A DNA stretch of 64,000 bases. Source: Camelus dromedarius. Lineage: Eukaryota. The translations under genes and the position numbers were made by a program. The stretch spans positions 108,192,001-108,256,000 of the forward strand of contig NC_087436.1 in assembly GCF_036321535.1 (NCBI RefSeq), read 5' to 3'. Shown here piece after piece: positions 26,440-39,154 of the stretch (within the stretch, counting starts at the first letter, position 1; each line of letters starts with the position of its first letter). The notes below the pieces were generated by a model. It was not told the origin of the DNA. It searched no databases and saw only the letters and a list, made by a program, of their open reading frames with translations.

Positions 26440-26790
26440 GCCCAACTAAGGCATTGCACTAGGGAAGTGTAAGCACAGGCTTAAATACTTGCATTCATAA
26501 AATGTGAATAATTAAATGAATCTATCCAGGATCCAAATGTTAAAAAAAAAAAAAAGAAATAAAATGAACCTAAGAAAAGAAAGATGGAATTTAATAGGAA
26601 AAAACTCAAAAATCAATGATTTAGAAATCAGAAAAATAGAAGACCTAACATAAATACAAAACATAGTTCTTTGGGAAAAATAAATGTAAATATATATCTA
26701 AGCTACTTAATAAGGGGAGAAAAGGGGGTGGCATGAAGACAGAAAATGAGAAATAATAAGGGAGAAGTAGCAACAGATAAAGAGAAATGA
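26440..26790 (+). mobile_element. Ancient L1 (L1M) ORF2 remnant, right part
   Basis: AAAATCAATGATTTAGAAATCAGAAAAATAG...AAACATAGTTCTTTGGGAAAA resembles the L1 ORF2 'INE.E...KSWFFEK' region. Confidence 0.6.
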
Positions 26791-28854
26791 AGAGAAGTTG
26801 TTTCCCTCAGTCGTAAAGGGGGATAATTAATTCATGCTTATCCACGGGACTTCAGTGGATTAGAGTTAATACATTTAAAGGCTTCGATCCTGTCCCTGGC
26901 ACGTAGGAGGCATGCAGATCATGGCAAACACTGCGGCTGCTGGTGTTGTTTGTATTCCTGTTATGCTGCTGCCAGCACCACCACTGGTACCAGGACTCCT
27001 GCTGACTTCCTACTATTATTGCCACAGCTAAACAGTGATGATGATGACAACTTGTCCAGGATGCTCCTGGGACATCTGAGATGGACACCTAACCCAATGG
27101 AGAGGTCAGGGAAGACTTGCTGAAGAGAAGAGGACCAAATTGAATCTTGAAGTACAGCTAAGAAATGGAGGAAAGGAAAGGAAAGGAGAGAAAAGAGTGC
27201 ACAAAGGCACAGCAGGATGAGAAATCTCGGTGCACCCATCCATTTTTCAATACTGTTGTTATATAAATTATGTATGGGAGTTAAAGGGAAAGTTGTAAGA
27301 AATGAAGTGTATGTATGAATTCGGATGCATTTATTAAGTCGTTAAGACCCATTTTGGCAAAATTGTTTTATTGTGGTTTTCTTGGCTTAGCTACATGATA
27401 TCCTATACTGAGTTTTAAAATAATTTGTCCTGAGTGCATGCTTTAAATATCTTTTTGCCCTAGAGTTTGAATACATTGCAGAGTAAATAAAAGAAACCAT
27501 GGTGAATTTACTTTAAAGTCTTCATGCAGAACAAACCAAGGTTTGCTGATGTATCTAAAAATAGAAAAATACAGGCATCAAATTTTGCTAAAATAAGAGA
27601 TTCATTCTGGATATAACACATCATACTTCCAGAACCCACATTTGCCAGAAAATTTGACAATTAGCAGGCTCCTTTAGCAATAGGTGAAGTTGTTTTAGAG
27701 TATGAGTGTGTGCTTAGAAATAATCTAGCTATTTCAAATAGAAGGATTTCCAGCAATCAAGATGGGAGTTACAGCAGTTTGTTATAGTAATTACTAATTT
27801 AGGCAGTTCTAGATTAAAATTCTCTTTCTACATCTTATTTATTACATCTATAATATCAATGTCTCTATACATCTAAAATACCTATATTTTAGGAAAGTTA
27901 CTTTATATCTCTAAGATTCAGTTTCTGTATCAATAAAATAGTGCACCATACACATTCCATAAGTTTGAGGTGATAATGGGGTGTTAAGCAAAACCCTCAG
28001 CACAGTGCTAGATGGGTGTTATTAGGATTATTATGGTAGCTTCCCTTTTTCTAAATCATTTTGCATTTGTATGCAAACTCCCCATTGAGCCTTAAACATT
28101 CCAAAATTCACAAGCTCTGGATTTTCTCTTAGTCAGTGCAATTAGACCTCTTGAGTGCCCCTGGGCACCTTCCAACTCTGGGCAATAAGTGGCCCTTCTG
28201 TAAGCCAGATGAGTTTTAATTTACCCGCCTGCTCAGCGCTCCCTTCCTCCTCCCACATTCTGCAGTGAAACCAGTGGATGTGTGCCTCTGCTGATCGGCT
28301 TGGCTTAACACTTGCATAATATCTTGGCGAGAAAAGACGGTGCACCTGCTGCTTATTGATGTGGTGGTTTTGTCTACTGTGTTTGTATGTGTAAGATGAA
28401 GCGCCAAGCCATTAAGGCTTAGGAAATAGAGCAACTGTAGCCCATACGTTTGCATTTCTGAGTTTAATCATCCTTTCTTCAGAACAACTGTGATCGGGTC
28501 TATGTGGGTGTGCGGGCAGACCGGTAATCTGCACATATGTTAAAACAGCTGGGGCTCCCTCGCTCAGACGTGTCCTCTGGGAACCTCTTCTTGCCCTCTC
28601 CTGTTTATGGGCTTTATATTACCACATTCTCATCACCATCACTCAGCCTGTCATCTCAGAGGACTGCGACCAACCTTAAAAAGTGAGAGGGAGGGGAAGT
28701 ACTACTCAGAGGGGACTGTAAATGAGCTGAGCAGAGAACTTGGAGAGATGGCTCAAGCTGCCAGTACTTACGTGGTACTTACGTCTTGAAATGACCTTGC
28801 TGACTAGAATATTTTGAAAGAATGTGTGAGTCCATATGACTTTTCTGAAATGTC

Positions 28855-29090
28855 ATAGAGTGCAGTGGCTAAGAGAAAGGGATCTGGAGTCGGACTGGTT
28901 TTGAATCCGGGGTCAGCCACTTATAATCAACGTGACCTTGACCAAATAACTTATCATCTCTGATCTTCAGTTTCTTCCCATGTAAAGGAGGGGTCATTAT
29001 ACATACTCCATAGTGTTGTCTGGAGGATTTGATGTGATTTAAGGAAAGTGCTCAATTCTTGCAACATAGTTAAGTACTAAACAAACAGTG
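28855..29090 (+). mobile_element. MIR SINE, near full length
   Basis: GCAGTGGCTAAGAG...TTTGAATCCGGGG...GTGACCTTGACCAAATAACTTA...CAGTTTCTTCCCATGTAAAGG. Confidence 0.85.
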
Positions 29091-29469
29091 TAACAATGGT
29101 AATGGAAATGATGGTGACGATGATGTTAGTGACAATAAAATTGTAAGTATGACTATTAGGAAAAGTAAGTCTATCCTATGAAGTTTTCTAAATTAATTCT
29201 GCTAACCCACTGACAGATTTATATGCAGACCCATTTTCAAAAACGCTGAAGATTAACCACGTTTTGTTGGGTCATATGTACTTACCTCTTATCGGTGTCC
29301 CAGGCTGTCTAGAATACAGTTCTAGGCTTCTATCCTCCCTTTTTAGTCTGATTTCCGACTGTTCCCTCATGCACACTTGTTACTCAAATTAAATAGTCCA
29401 CAAGTAACTATTATCTATTTTGCTCACTTTGCTATCTCCAGCACTGAGACCCATTCCTGACACACATCA

Positions 29470-29803
29470 GAGGATCAGAATTGACTGCCCCCTTCCTTAG
29501 CTTCTGATGGTTTACTTGCAGTTTTTGACATTTCTTGACTAATGGGAGCATCACCCAGTTCTCAGCCTTTCTCCTCTATGTTCTCCCCGCGTGTGCATTT
29601 CTGTCCACATTTCTCCTTTTTACAAGGATGCCAGTTGTATTGGATTAGGGGCTCACTTTACTCCAGTATAACCTCATCTTAACTAATTATGTCTGCAATG
29701 AGCCTATTTCCAAAGAAGATCATATTCTAAGAAGCTGAAGGTGAGGACTTCAACATATGAATTTGATGGGGGGGGGGGGACAACACAAATTCAACTCATA
29801 AAA
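29470..29803 (-). mobile_element. MLT1B/C-like MaLR LTR, partial
   Basis: TTGGATTAGGGGCTCAC...CTCATCTTAACTAATTATGTCTGCAATGAGCCTATTTCCAAA...GGACTTCAACATATGAATTTG. Confidence 0.85.
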
Positions 29804-30383
29804 AGTTACTTCTAAAAAATTGAAACCATGACTATTAAATTCACACAAGTCTACCATATTATGATACCACGTGAATTGTCTCTCCTCCCCAGGGAGCTAG
29901 GCTTTAAAGTATTGTAACATTATTTCTCACTCACGCCTGCCCTCTCAGGGCATCTCACCCTGGGAGAGCATTTGTTGAGTTGAAAGCTGCTTAGCAGTAC
30001 TTGCTGTGGCTGTGATGTATGCCATTCATTGTCAAGAACTAGCCTGTGTCCCCTTCTAGTTTATAAACTGTTTGAAAATAAGGATCATATCTTTCTTCCC
30101 TACTGGTACCTAGAAAAATATAGGGTTTTAAGATACCCCATGACTGATCACTCGAGTTTATGTGATAGTGGCTCATTCCTCATGCTACTCAAGATTATCA
30201 TGACCACAAATGTAACTTTTTCCCTCATCCATTCTTCAATGTATGTTAGACTGTTGAGGGCAGGGAATAAAAAAGTACTGATTTTACGGTTATATTCTCC
30301 TCCAGTCTTTTATACTACTTACGCATTTTATTTAGCTTTACTTTCCCAAGCTCTAAACATATGGCTATCTATACTATATATTA

Positions 30384-30830
30384 ATTAGTTTTGGTTGCAC
30401 ACATCAGCAAATCCAAGTGACGTTAGCTGACTTAAATTAGTGTTATATTTTTATTGTGCACACTAAGGTCTGCAGTAGGCTGACTCAGGCTGATGTGGAA
30501 GAGGCAAGCCCATTCTTTTTGTCCTACAAGGATTAGTATGTCTTTCCCTTCTTGAGCTACGGTCCGTACAGATACAAGCCAAAAAAACAAGAAGGAATAG
30601 GGAGAGGGGAAAAGGGCTCAATTTCCACAAAGTCTAGCCTCCTTTAAAGTGTTTCCCCAGATGCCCCGCCCAGTTACTTCCGTTTATATCTCACTGACTA
30701 CTCCTAGTTTCATTAGAGAATGGAAAAAAATCAGCTACCTTCCAGTCTTAATAAAATCAAGGTTCTCTTCTTAAAGTGGAAATAAGGATAGGTATTGTGT
30801 AGGTAATTAACTATTTATGTTGCAGCGATT
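30384..30830 (-). mobile_element. Old MLT1 LTR, degraded
   Basis: ATTAGTTTTGGTTGCAC start; ACTTCCGTTTATATCTCACTGAC internal motif. Confidence 0.55.
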
Positions 30831-31603
30831 ATAGGAGATAATTAATAAATGTTTGTTGTTCACAATTGAATTTTTAAGTTTTGATTTTTAAAAACTATAA
30901 CAGGAGATGCCAGTTTTCTATACTGATAGTCATCATGATATTAAGGGGGTAGTTGGTAAGTCTGGCAGTTCCTGATTGATTTGCACAAATCTGACATTAC
31001 ATAATTTGGAGGCATTTTTGATACATTATCTTTTGCAGTTTTTCTTCACATTTCTATGTCTGCGAGGCTACGTTTGTGGATTCCTTGATGTTGCAGTCAT
31101 AAAATCTGACTCTACTCTAGCAACCAGTGTCTGCCTGTTTTCTCAGTAGGCTTAAGTCTCTTAATCCACCTAAAAAAGGAGGCTCTAGGTCTATTTATGC
31201 AGCTTACTGGGTTATTTGAAGGGTCAGCAAGAAAAAGGATTTGAGGGTTTTTTGAATAAGTTTTATTATACAAATCTTGCTAACCATGACTTAATACCAC
31301 TATACGTGGATGACTGTATGAATCTAGAGTTGGGCTGTAAAAGTTATCACATATTTAATTGTAGAACATTAATTAAGTGCTAAAATAACTCATAATTCTT
31401 AAAAATGGTAGAAAAACAGTTTGAGTTAAACAGGCATATTTTACATTCAAGAAATGTATATAACAAACAGTCCAGCTTTTTGCTAATATGTATTGGGCTA
31501 GGGGTCAAGGAAGAGTGGGAAGAAGGCTAATAGAACTGCAGATAATCACACCTTCTCTGTATAATTCTTGGTTCCCCTCTATTTCATTACATGCATACTT
31601 TTT

Positions 31604-31723
31604 TGGGGGGGGGCAATTGGGTTTTTATTTATTTAGTTAGTTAGTTAATGAAGGAACTGGGGATCGAACCCAGGACCTTGTGCGTGCTAAGCACTCATTG
31701 TACCACTGAGCTATACCTCCCCC
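31604..31723 (-). mobile_element. tRNA-Ala-derived SINE (camelid vic-1 type), copy A
   Basis: Minus strand reads GGGGAGGTATAGCTCAGTGGTACAATGAGTGCTTAGCACGCACAAGGTCCTGGGTTCGATCCCCAG: Pol III A box, AGC anticodon arm, B box, then A-rich tail. Confidence 0.9.
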
Positions 31724-31728
31724 TAGAC

Positions 31729-31877
31729 TTTTTTTTTTTTTTTTTTTTTTGGAGGTGGGTAGGTAATTAGGGTTTTTTTTTTTAAGTTTTTTTTTTTTTA
31801 ATGGAGGTACTGGGGATTAAACCCAAGATCATGGACATGCCAAGAACACACTCTACTACTGAGTTATACCCTTCCCC
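31729..31877 (-). mobile_element. tRNA-Ala-derived SINE (camelid vic-1 type), copy B
   Basis: Minus strand GGGGAAGGGTATAACTCAGTAGTAGAGTGTGTTCTTGGCATGTCCATGATCTTGGGTTTAATCCCCAGTACCTCCA with long A tail; more diverged than copy A. Confidence 0.88.
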
Positions 31878-31894
31878 CATGCCAACTTTTTAGG

Positions 31895-32635
31895 ACTAGA
31901 AATCTTAACATTCTCTTCTTTCTCTTGCCTCATATCCAGTCACCAATCTGTGTTGATTCTTTCCCCAAATACCTCTCAGTGTTGCTTCTTCCTTTTTACC
32001 ACTGTCTTGGATCAGTCCGTCCATCATCTTTCGTCTGGAGACTGTGACACTGGTGCCCTAACTGGGCTCTTTGCTGCCAGTCTCTCCCTAGACCAATCCA
32101 TCCCTCATGCTGTTGCCAACATAACTTAAAAATACTTTTTGTTTTGTTTTTTTCCAGTCTATTTTTCTGGCACAGGAGTCCTCTCACAGTCTAAAGATCA
32201 ATTATATCTATCATTTCATCTCTTTACCCTTCCCTCTATGTGACTGCTGCTCCAGTGATTCCTAATGTCTTTTAATCCTTAAAATCTTTTGCTTGCTCCC
32301 ACATCAGATACTAACCTCTCTCCTAGAGCATCCTAGTCTCCTTCATGCTGTCCGATAGAGAATTCTACTTGGATACCCAGATTCACCTGAAATGTCACTC
32401 TTCTGTGAAGCTTTTATTAATTTGCTTGGACAGGATTAGTTACAAGTTTTCCCCATGTTCTTAGCCTATTTTATATTCTAGGAATCTCTTTAGAGTTCTG
32501 TCTACACCTCATTATCTTGTGGGCTTCTCAAGAGTAGGGACTTTACCTTACACACACTGTGTTTCCTTTTTTCTCCCCAGTACACAATACAGTGCCTGAC
32601 ACATGGAGCATGCTAAATGATTACTGAATAGCTAT
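31895..32635 (+). mobile_element. L2 LINE 3' portion
   Basis: CT-rich L2 body (CCATCATCTTTCGTCTGGA, AATGTCACTCTTCTGTGAAGCTTT) ending ACAGTGCCTGACACATGGAGCATGCTAAATGA. Confidence 0.75.
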
Positions 32636-35600
32636 GAACCTGTAGCGAATGGTATTGATTGCAAATCAATGCCTTTAGTGTGTATTGTAGGAGATGATAC
32701 TGATGTGGACATAAAACATGATAGTCTATACATCACAAAGTTTTTGGAGTGCTGATATTCCAGGTTCAAGGCTAGGCAGTTCACATGTTTATATTTATGA
32801 AAGCTTCAAACTATTCTATGATATTTTTATCTCCACTTTATGCTGCTTGCTTCAGGTCACATGACTAGCAAGTAGAGTTATGAGTTTCCCCTATGTTTGT
32901 CTGAATTAAAGCTCATGCTTTTAATAAATACACTCTGGTGCCTCCCTTATAAAACTGTGGGCAGGTGTGGGAATGGGCAGGAAGCTGAGGGTGAGAAGGG
33001 CAGATGGAGGACTCCCCAAATACCTATGATTCAAGGGGCATGTGGACAGGGAGCCATATGCTCATCCTCCTCCAAGACGTGTGTTTTTCCAACTAAATTA
33101 AATATGTAGTCTTTTGAGCAGTAGGTCACTGGAGAGCTGAGCAGGTGCAGATGAGTACTCATTTCTGAACCCTGATTTCTGATTAAATCCACTGAGTAGG
33201 GTCACTCTTGCAGCTTGCTACTTCTCATTTGGGAGCAAGCACCCTATCTCTGCACCCATCAATCGGCCATATGAAATAGGAGTGTAAAAATATTTTAAAT
33301 TATGAAATAAAATGAACCACAGTCCTCTTCCCAGAGAGTATCATGGGGCAGGATGTAGTGGAAAGGCTGCCATGTTTTTGTTACTCAGTTGGTTCCTATT
33401 TCTTTTCTTTCTTTTTTTTAAGAAGAAATGAAACAGATCGAATTGCAAAAAAAAAAATGATCTTAGATCCAAGTAATTCTTGATTTCCTTTCAATTTTCC
33501 AAACTATCAGTGAACATAATTGCAATAATAGTCATATCACAACATTGAGATCCTGGATGGAAAAACAGTGTCTTAGATATATCAGCTGTTCAGTAAAGGG
33601 TATTTGATTGTTCTTATCCTCCTCCTTCCCCTCCTCCTCTTCTTTCAAAAGCTTTAGGTGATCCCCACTGTTGACTAAAGGGGTGCCATGTATGTTGTGT
33701 TATCAAAACAGGTGATAGATAATCCTGTTCTTTCAAACCATTGACCTCCTCCCCCACCTGCCTTGTGTCTTCTCATCTGAAATCCAGGTCCTAGTATTTC
33801 CCAAGACCCATTTCACATACTGTCACTTTATTTTCTCTTCTTATCCCTCATTTTAGTCAAAATCATCTTTCTCCCCATCTGAACTCCCATAGCATTTGAA
33901 CTAAACTCTTCTTATAGCAGTTGGTATAATTTATATATTTCTCCCATTGTCCACTTTGGGGTTTTTTTCTTTTCCAAATCATCTCTATGTTTGGTAGTTT
34001 CTCATTAAATATTTGATTAGTCAGTGATGGACAGGTCCAGACATTAATTTGGCATTTTGTCATTTTCATTGCCTTTCTTATTTATTATCCCATTTGGGTC
34101 TCATATTGATTGAGGGGAGATCTGTAAAGCAGTTTGGATATAGTAAGGCACAGAGAGGTTAAGCAGTATGTCAGAAGTCACACAGCAAAGTAGTTACAGA
34201 CCTTTAATAAAATTTGGTTTTTCAGATTCTCTTTCCAGTGCATATTCCATTATCCTGTCTGTCCTATCTGGAGAAATACTTCAAACACAAAGTACAAAGC
34301 ATTAGGTTGGTGGAAGACATCTTGAGTTTGGATCAGTATTTAATATATTGATTTCTTCTACCAACATATACTAAAATGTTGGTGACAAAATAGATCTGCC
34401 TTTAAAAGAATCTGTTAATTATTAGCATTGCAAAATTATGGCCCTACAGAAACTGATCCTTTGAAGTGAAAACTGGTTATTTTAACATCTCTATTCATTG
34501 ACTCAAATATATTTAAGATATCAGACTGACCAACAAAGAAGTAATATTTTTAAAATCCAGTAAAATCTAGCAGATATTAATAAGAAGTTACAATTTCAAA
34601 TGCATTACCCTTGTAAGATAAATCAAAGGTAACAGTAATTAAGATAATTGCAAGAGATATTTTGGGTTCTGTGTATTTGCGCAAGGGTTGAGAGGTGGAA
34701 TATAAATGTGAAAGTATTTTTGTTCACTTTGGTATCTTGAGTTTGGGATAATTTTTAGACTACAACATTTTTTCCTGCTGAGTTAAAATCTGAAATTCGG
34801 TGCAACCTTATCTCTGTACATGCACATAGTCTCAGATTTTAAAACAAAATACTGAAAACTGGATTTGTTATTGTTGTCAGCCTTGTATAAAATATGAAGT
34901 TCACAATATGATTTTGTGTATTTTTCTGTGTTGGTTAGGAAAAGTTGTCTCATTTCTATTCGATACACAATAAACGTGATTCATTATTTGGGTCTGATAT
35001 TAAAAGTTATCAAGTCATCATTAAATCCTCAAATATTACATGTCATTTTCTTGGAGAAATTTAGGCACAAATGTTTACTAAAAGTAAACAATTAATATTC
35101 CTCTAGTTAGAAGTGATCCCAAGCCATCCCAAGAGGTGGAGGAACCATTTAAATGTAATGTGCACATACATTCATTCTTGGTAATGGCTCTCTAATATCA
35201 GTGGTGAAAGGCTTATCCACCTCTGTAAATTAAATCTTATGATAGCCACTTAAATTCTAATCATTCATTCTGACTCTCCTAAAATCGCTTATATGCTTCA
35301 GTAATACTTTGACAGTCTTACATATCCCAGGGTTCAGCAACTTTTCAACAAGAGTATATTAAAGATTCACTTTATTTCTTTTGCATACAAAAATGACTTT
35401 TCCACAGTAGTTTCCATGGTGAATGAACTGGCTAATTTTGTGTGGTTAGAAGAGCAGGAGAGGACATATAGGGAGAAAGAAAGAAAGGGAAAGACTTTAC
35501 AGTAGGTGACCAGAGGGGTTTTCACAAAATTGGATAGTTTCAGGAAAAGTCCTTGGATTCCATCAGACTGGTCAGACACTAGTCAGCGTGTGTTCACTGC

Positions 35601-37732
35601 TAAACTAACCACCCCCTTGGAGTTCTCATCCACCAGTCATACGTTTGCCCCTCCAGCCAAGGGATGGGACCTTCCTTATACATGAGCCGTGTGGAAGGCA
35701 GCATGATACTCCTTTAAAAAGCAGGGATGGGCTCTGTTACCAAAAACGTGACGTGAGGCAGGCTGACATAAAAGATTAAATTATGTGCTGTGTGTGACAC
35801 GCTTTATACCACTCCTAGTTAGTGGTGAGTGCTCAGTTATTGGCACCCATTAGAATCCTTTCCTTAGTGATGGTGGTAAATTATACAGTCGCCTTTATCT
35901 TTGTTTTGTTAACGGTTTTGGTGCTGATGTTTTGGCCGCGATACATAGCGTGCATCAAACTGGCACAGTCTGATGAGGAAACCCAGTGGAGTCACTGATG
36001 TTCACCAGAGTTTAAGTGATCAGGATTAGAAGGACACGTCCCATGAGTTGTTTCTGAGATCACTTTTGAGGGATAAGTTCTTTTTAGTCTTTGGTCTAAG
36101 GAATTGGTCAAGCAGACTTTCCCATCTCAGTGGTTCTAAGGAAGTTGTGGTTCTCTCCCTTCTCTGTTTAATCTTCAGTGGATTCTCCCTTTCACTCTCT
36201 TGTTTTTTCCTTCCTATCAGGAAAGGATGCAGAAACAGAAACCTTTTCCTAGTGCTTGTTGTTCGCTTTGGACAATGGGTGACAAACGGATACTTCACTC
36301 TTCTTTCTGTCCCCACGGATCATCCAGGAGGTCCTGAGGACACTGAAACTCCCCTAATGCGAAACTCCCCTAATCTGTATTTCCCCATTTGCTCCAGTGC
36401 ACATAACTAGTAAGTGTGCAATCCAGACTCCAGCTGTGGCAAAGTAGAACACTCCATGTAATGAGTTCTATTATTTTTCCCCATGCAATTTAATAGACCA
36501 GTAACTTTAATAACAACAACAAAAAATGTTTCCAAGACAAATCAAAATGTGGTTCTAATTGTATTGCTTGTTTTTCTTTTTCCAGCATTGATTTTTTTTC
36601 CCTTTTAATTCTGTAGTATAATCTATTTATTATCAGTAAGAACAAGGCTTCATTGTTCATTTGTGGAGGCATCAACCTAAACATGCCACAGTAACACCCA
36701 GTTTTGTCCTTGTTGGCCGAACCTTCCTAGAGGGTTACAAATTTAATGCTTGGTATCGTCTGTGAATAATCATAAAAAGAAATAGCTAAAATTTATCAAC
36801 CTCTTCAAAGGGCCAGAATCAAGTCAATCAGTGAAGTAAATAAGCCTAAAATGGTATCCTTGCCCATGCATTAAATAATATTAAATGATACCTTATCATT
36901 TTCTAGACATTAACATTGCTATAGTATCCCATGAATGAGAGCTGTATTTGCTGAGTTCCTCAAATAAAATAAAATGCCTTCTCAAGCTATAAAAGAAGTT
37001 GCTTTACATTAATGCAGTATACTTACTGCAGACTTAACTAAGGTTATTTGGTACTAAGTGGTACTGTTATTTGGCTTTCAGTAATTTTGAGTCTGTGGTT
37101 TTGTAAAATGAGCTGTATTTGTGCATATTTAATCTTTAGAACTTTGATCTATAATAGGCACTTATGTATTTATGGATATATTTTAAATTTTAATAATTCT
37201 CAATTGCAAAACAGCTACGGTCCATTTGCTGCAACAGCCTCTAATCAGAGTTACAGTAAACATGACAAGCCAGTGGTCAGAAAATCAAATGCAGAGTTCA
37301 TTTTACAATTGGAATAGCCCAATGGGACATGGCCTTAAGGTCAGGACATTGTACATCAGGCCACACCAAGTGAAACAAAGTTCAGCTTAGGCCCTTGGGA
37401 AGTATCATTGGAAGCCTATTTGCATTTACATTATTTGCTTATGTTTAGAATATGCATAAATTAACTCCCAAAGGGGAGGAAACAAATTGCTATACACAAA
37501 GTGAGAATGAAATATTCTCAAAGGAGCAGCATCTGATTAAGAAGGAAAAAGTCAAAGTAAAGTGAAATAAAGCAAGTGATGGGATAAATCAAGTAAGAGA
37601 AAAAAAATTCCATGATACATGAAGAAATGAAATAAAAAGTTATCCCCCAATGGAACTAAACTGCTGAAATTATTTCCTTCTGCAAACTTAGGTATTACTA
37701 GTTTGGGAAAATAAGAGAAAGAGTGGATTATT

Positions 37733-38070
37733 AAGAGTGGACACTAATGAACTCATCTAGAAAACAGAAACAGACTCGCAGACATAATAAACAATCTTAT
37801 GGTTACTGGGGGAAAAGGGGTGGGAAGGGATAAACTTGAGAGTTTGAGATTTGCAAAGGTTAACCACTATATATAAAAGTATTTTTAAAACACCAGATTT
37901 CTTCTGTATAGCACTGGGAACTATATTCTACATTTTGTAATAACCTTTAATGAAAAAGAATATGAAAACAAATGTATGTATGTATATGCATGACTGGGAC
38001 ATTATGCTGTACGCCAGAAATTGACAACTGACATTGTAACTGACTATACTTCAATACAAATAAACAAATA
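37733..38070 (+). mobile_element. L1 3' UTR fragment (camelid type) including the G-rich tract
   Basis: Colinear with 53375-53690 of the long L1: GGACACTAATGAACTCATCT...AACAATCTTATGGTTACT...GAGTTTGAGATTTGCAAA. Confidence 0.93.
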
Positions 38071-38779
38071 ATTTTTTTTAAATGCAAGGCGTGGAAGAGA
38101 TTTCCCAACCTATGTGTGCAAAAAGAAGAGTAGAAGTAAATATAGGTCATAGGATCTGAATTTCAGATCCATCTCTGCCCCTGATCTTTTATGTAACCAT
38201 GGATGATTTAAGTGTTTTTCTTTTTCATGTTCTTGGTTTTTTCATTAGTAAGGTGGAGTTGATACTCCCTCTGTCTACCCTACAAGGATATGGTCCGCTC
38301 TGCTCCTTCTCTTCTTACAGGACCCAGTAAGTTACCACCTTCTCTGTGAAGTGACTTTCTTGGCAGAGTCATTGTTTCTTTTCTTTCATCAACACTGATG
38401 AGATTTCCATCACACCATGGGATCAGTCACGTGCCTCGTTCCCCTCTTGTGTGCTTTGAGCTCGAGGGGCAGCTGCCATCAGTTATTTCTTGAATAAATC
38501 TGGGTATGAGTAATTAGTATATACACATACACAGTGAATAAATATATACTTTGAATTTCCAGTGCCTACCAAAGACCTTGACAAATGGTGGGTCTACAAT
38601 ATATTGCCAAATACATTTTAAAAAGAGTGCTTGGAAATCATTTAGAACTAAACAATTCAGTGTCCTCATTCAAATAGTGAAAGATTTGGATTGAATGACC
38701 GACCTCTGAGTTCCCTTTTATCATTCTTCAAAAGTAGTTGCTAATTATTTTTATAATTATTTCTCACCATTAATTTGCT

Positions 38780-38990
38780 AATGATTAGGACTACATACTG
38801 TTCTAAGGCTTTATATTCATTCCATTTTGCCATAAATAGACCTATTTAGGTAGCTTTTATTACCCCACTTTTTACAGGTGAGAAAACAGAGGCTTAGAAA
38901 ACTTGATTGTCTTACTCAAAGCAGATGGCAGGGCTTCTGTGTAAATTAAGGTCCCCCTGATTCCAAAGCCAGTTCTCTCATCCACTAGGT
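38780..38990 (-). mobile_element. MIR SINE
   Basis: TATTACCCCACTTTTTACAGGTGAGAAAACAGAGGCTTAGA. Confidence 0.8.
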
Positions 38991-39154
38991 AAAAAGGGTC
39001 AGAGAAAGATCCTTACAGGTGTGGATTGAGAGTAATTTGATTGACTCAGTGAAATCCGTTGCACAGAGTGAGTAGGACTAGGAAGTCACATCAAAGAATA
39101 AATGGCCAAAGTAAGAACTACTCATGCCACTCGCAAGCTGTTTACTTCTTTTTA

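Noticed and set aside
2313..27564. Several MEF2-consensus words (2313, 9083, 23027, 27555)
   Set aside because: AT-rich 10-mers expected by chance at this base composition and not clustered
31650..31723. Possible tRNA-Ala(AGC) gene
   Set aside because: Stems are mismatched, it carries a SINE tail and sits beside a second copy within a TSD; a SINE, not a tRNA gene
35966..35997. Hammerhead-ribozyme-like string CAGT-CTGATGA-G-GAAA-CCCAGTGGAGTC-ACTG
   Set aside because: Core words, a GUC site and a 4-bp stem I are present, but only one nucleotide separates CUGAUGA and GAAA so stem II cannot form, and stem III is bulged; most likely chance. An Infernal search with Rfam hammerhead models or a cleavage assay would settle it
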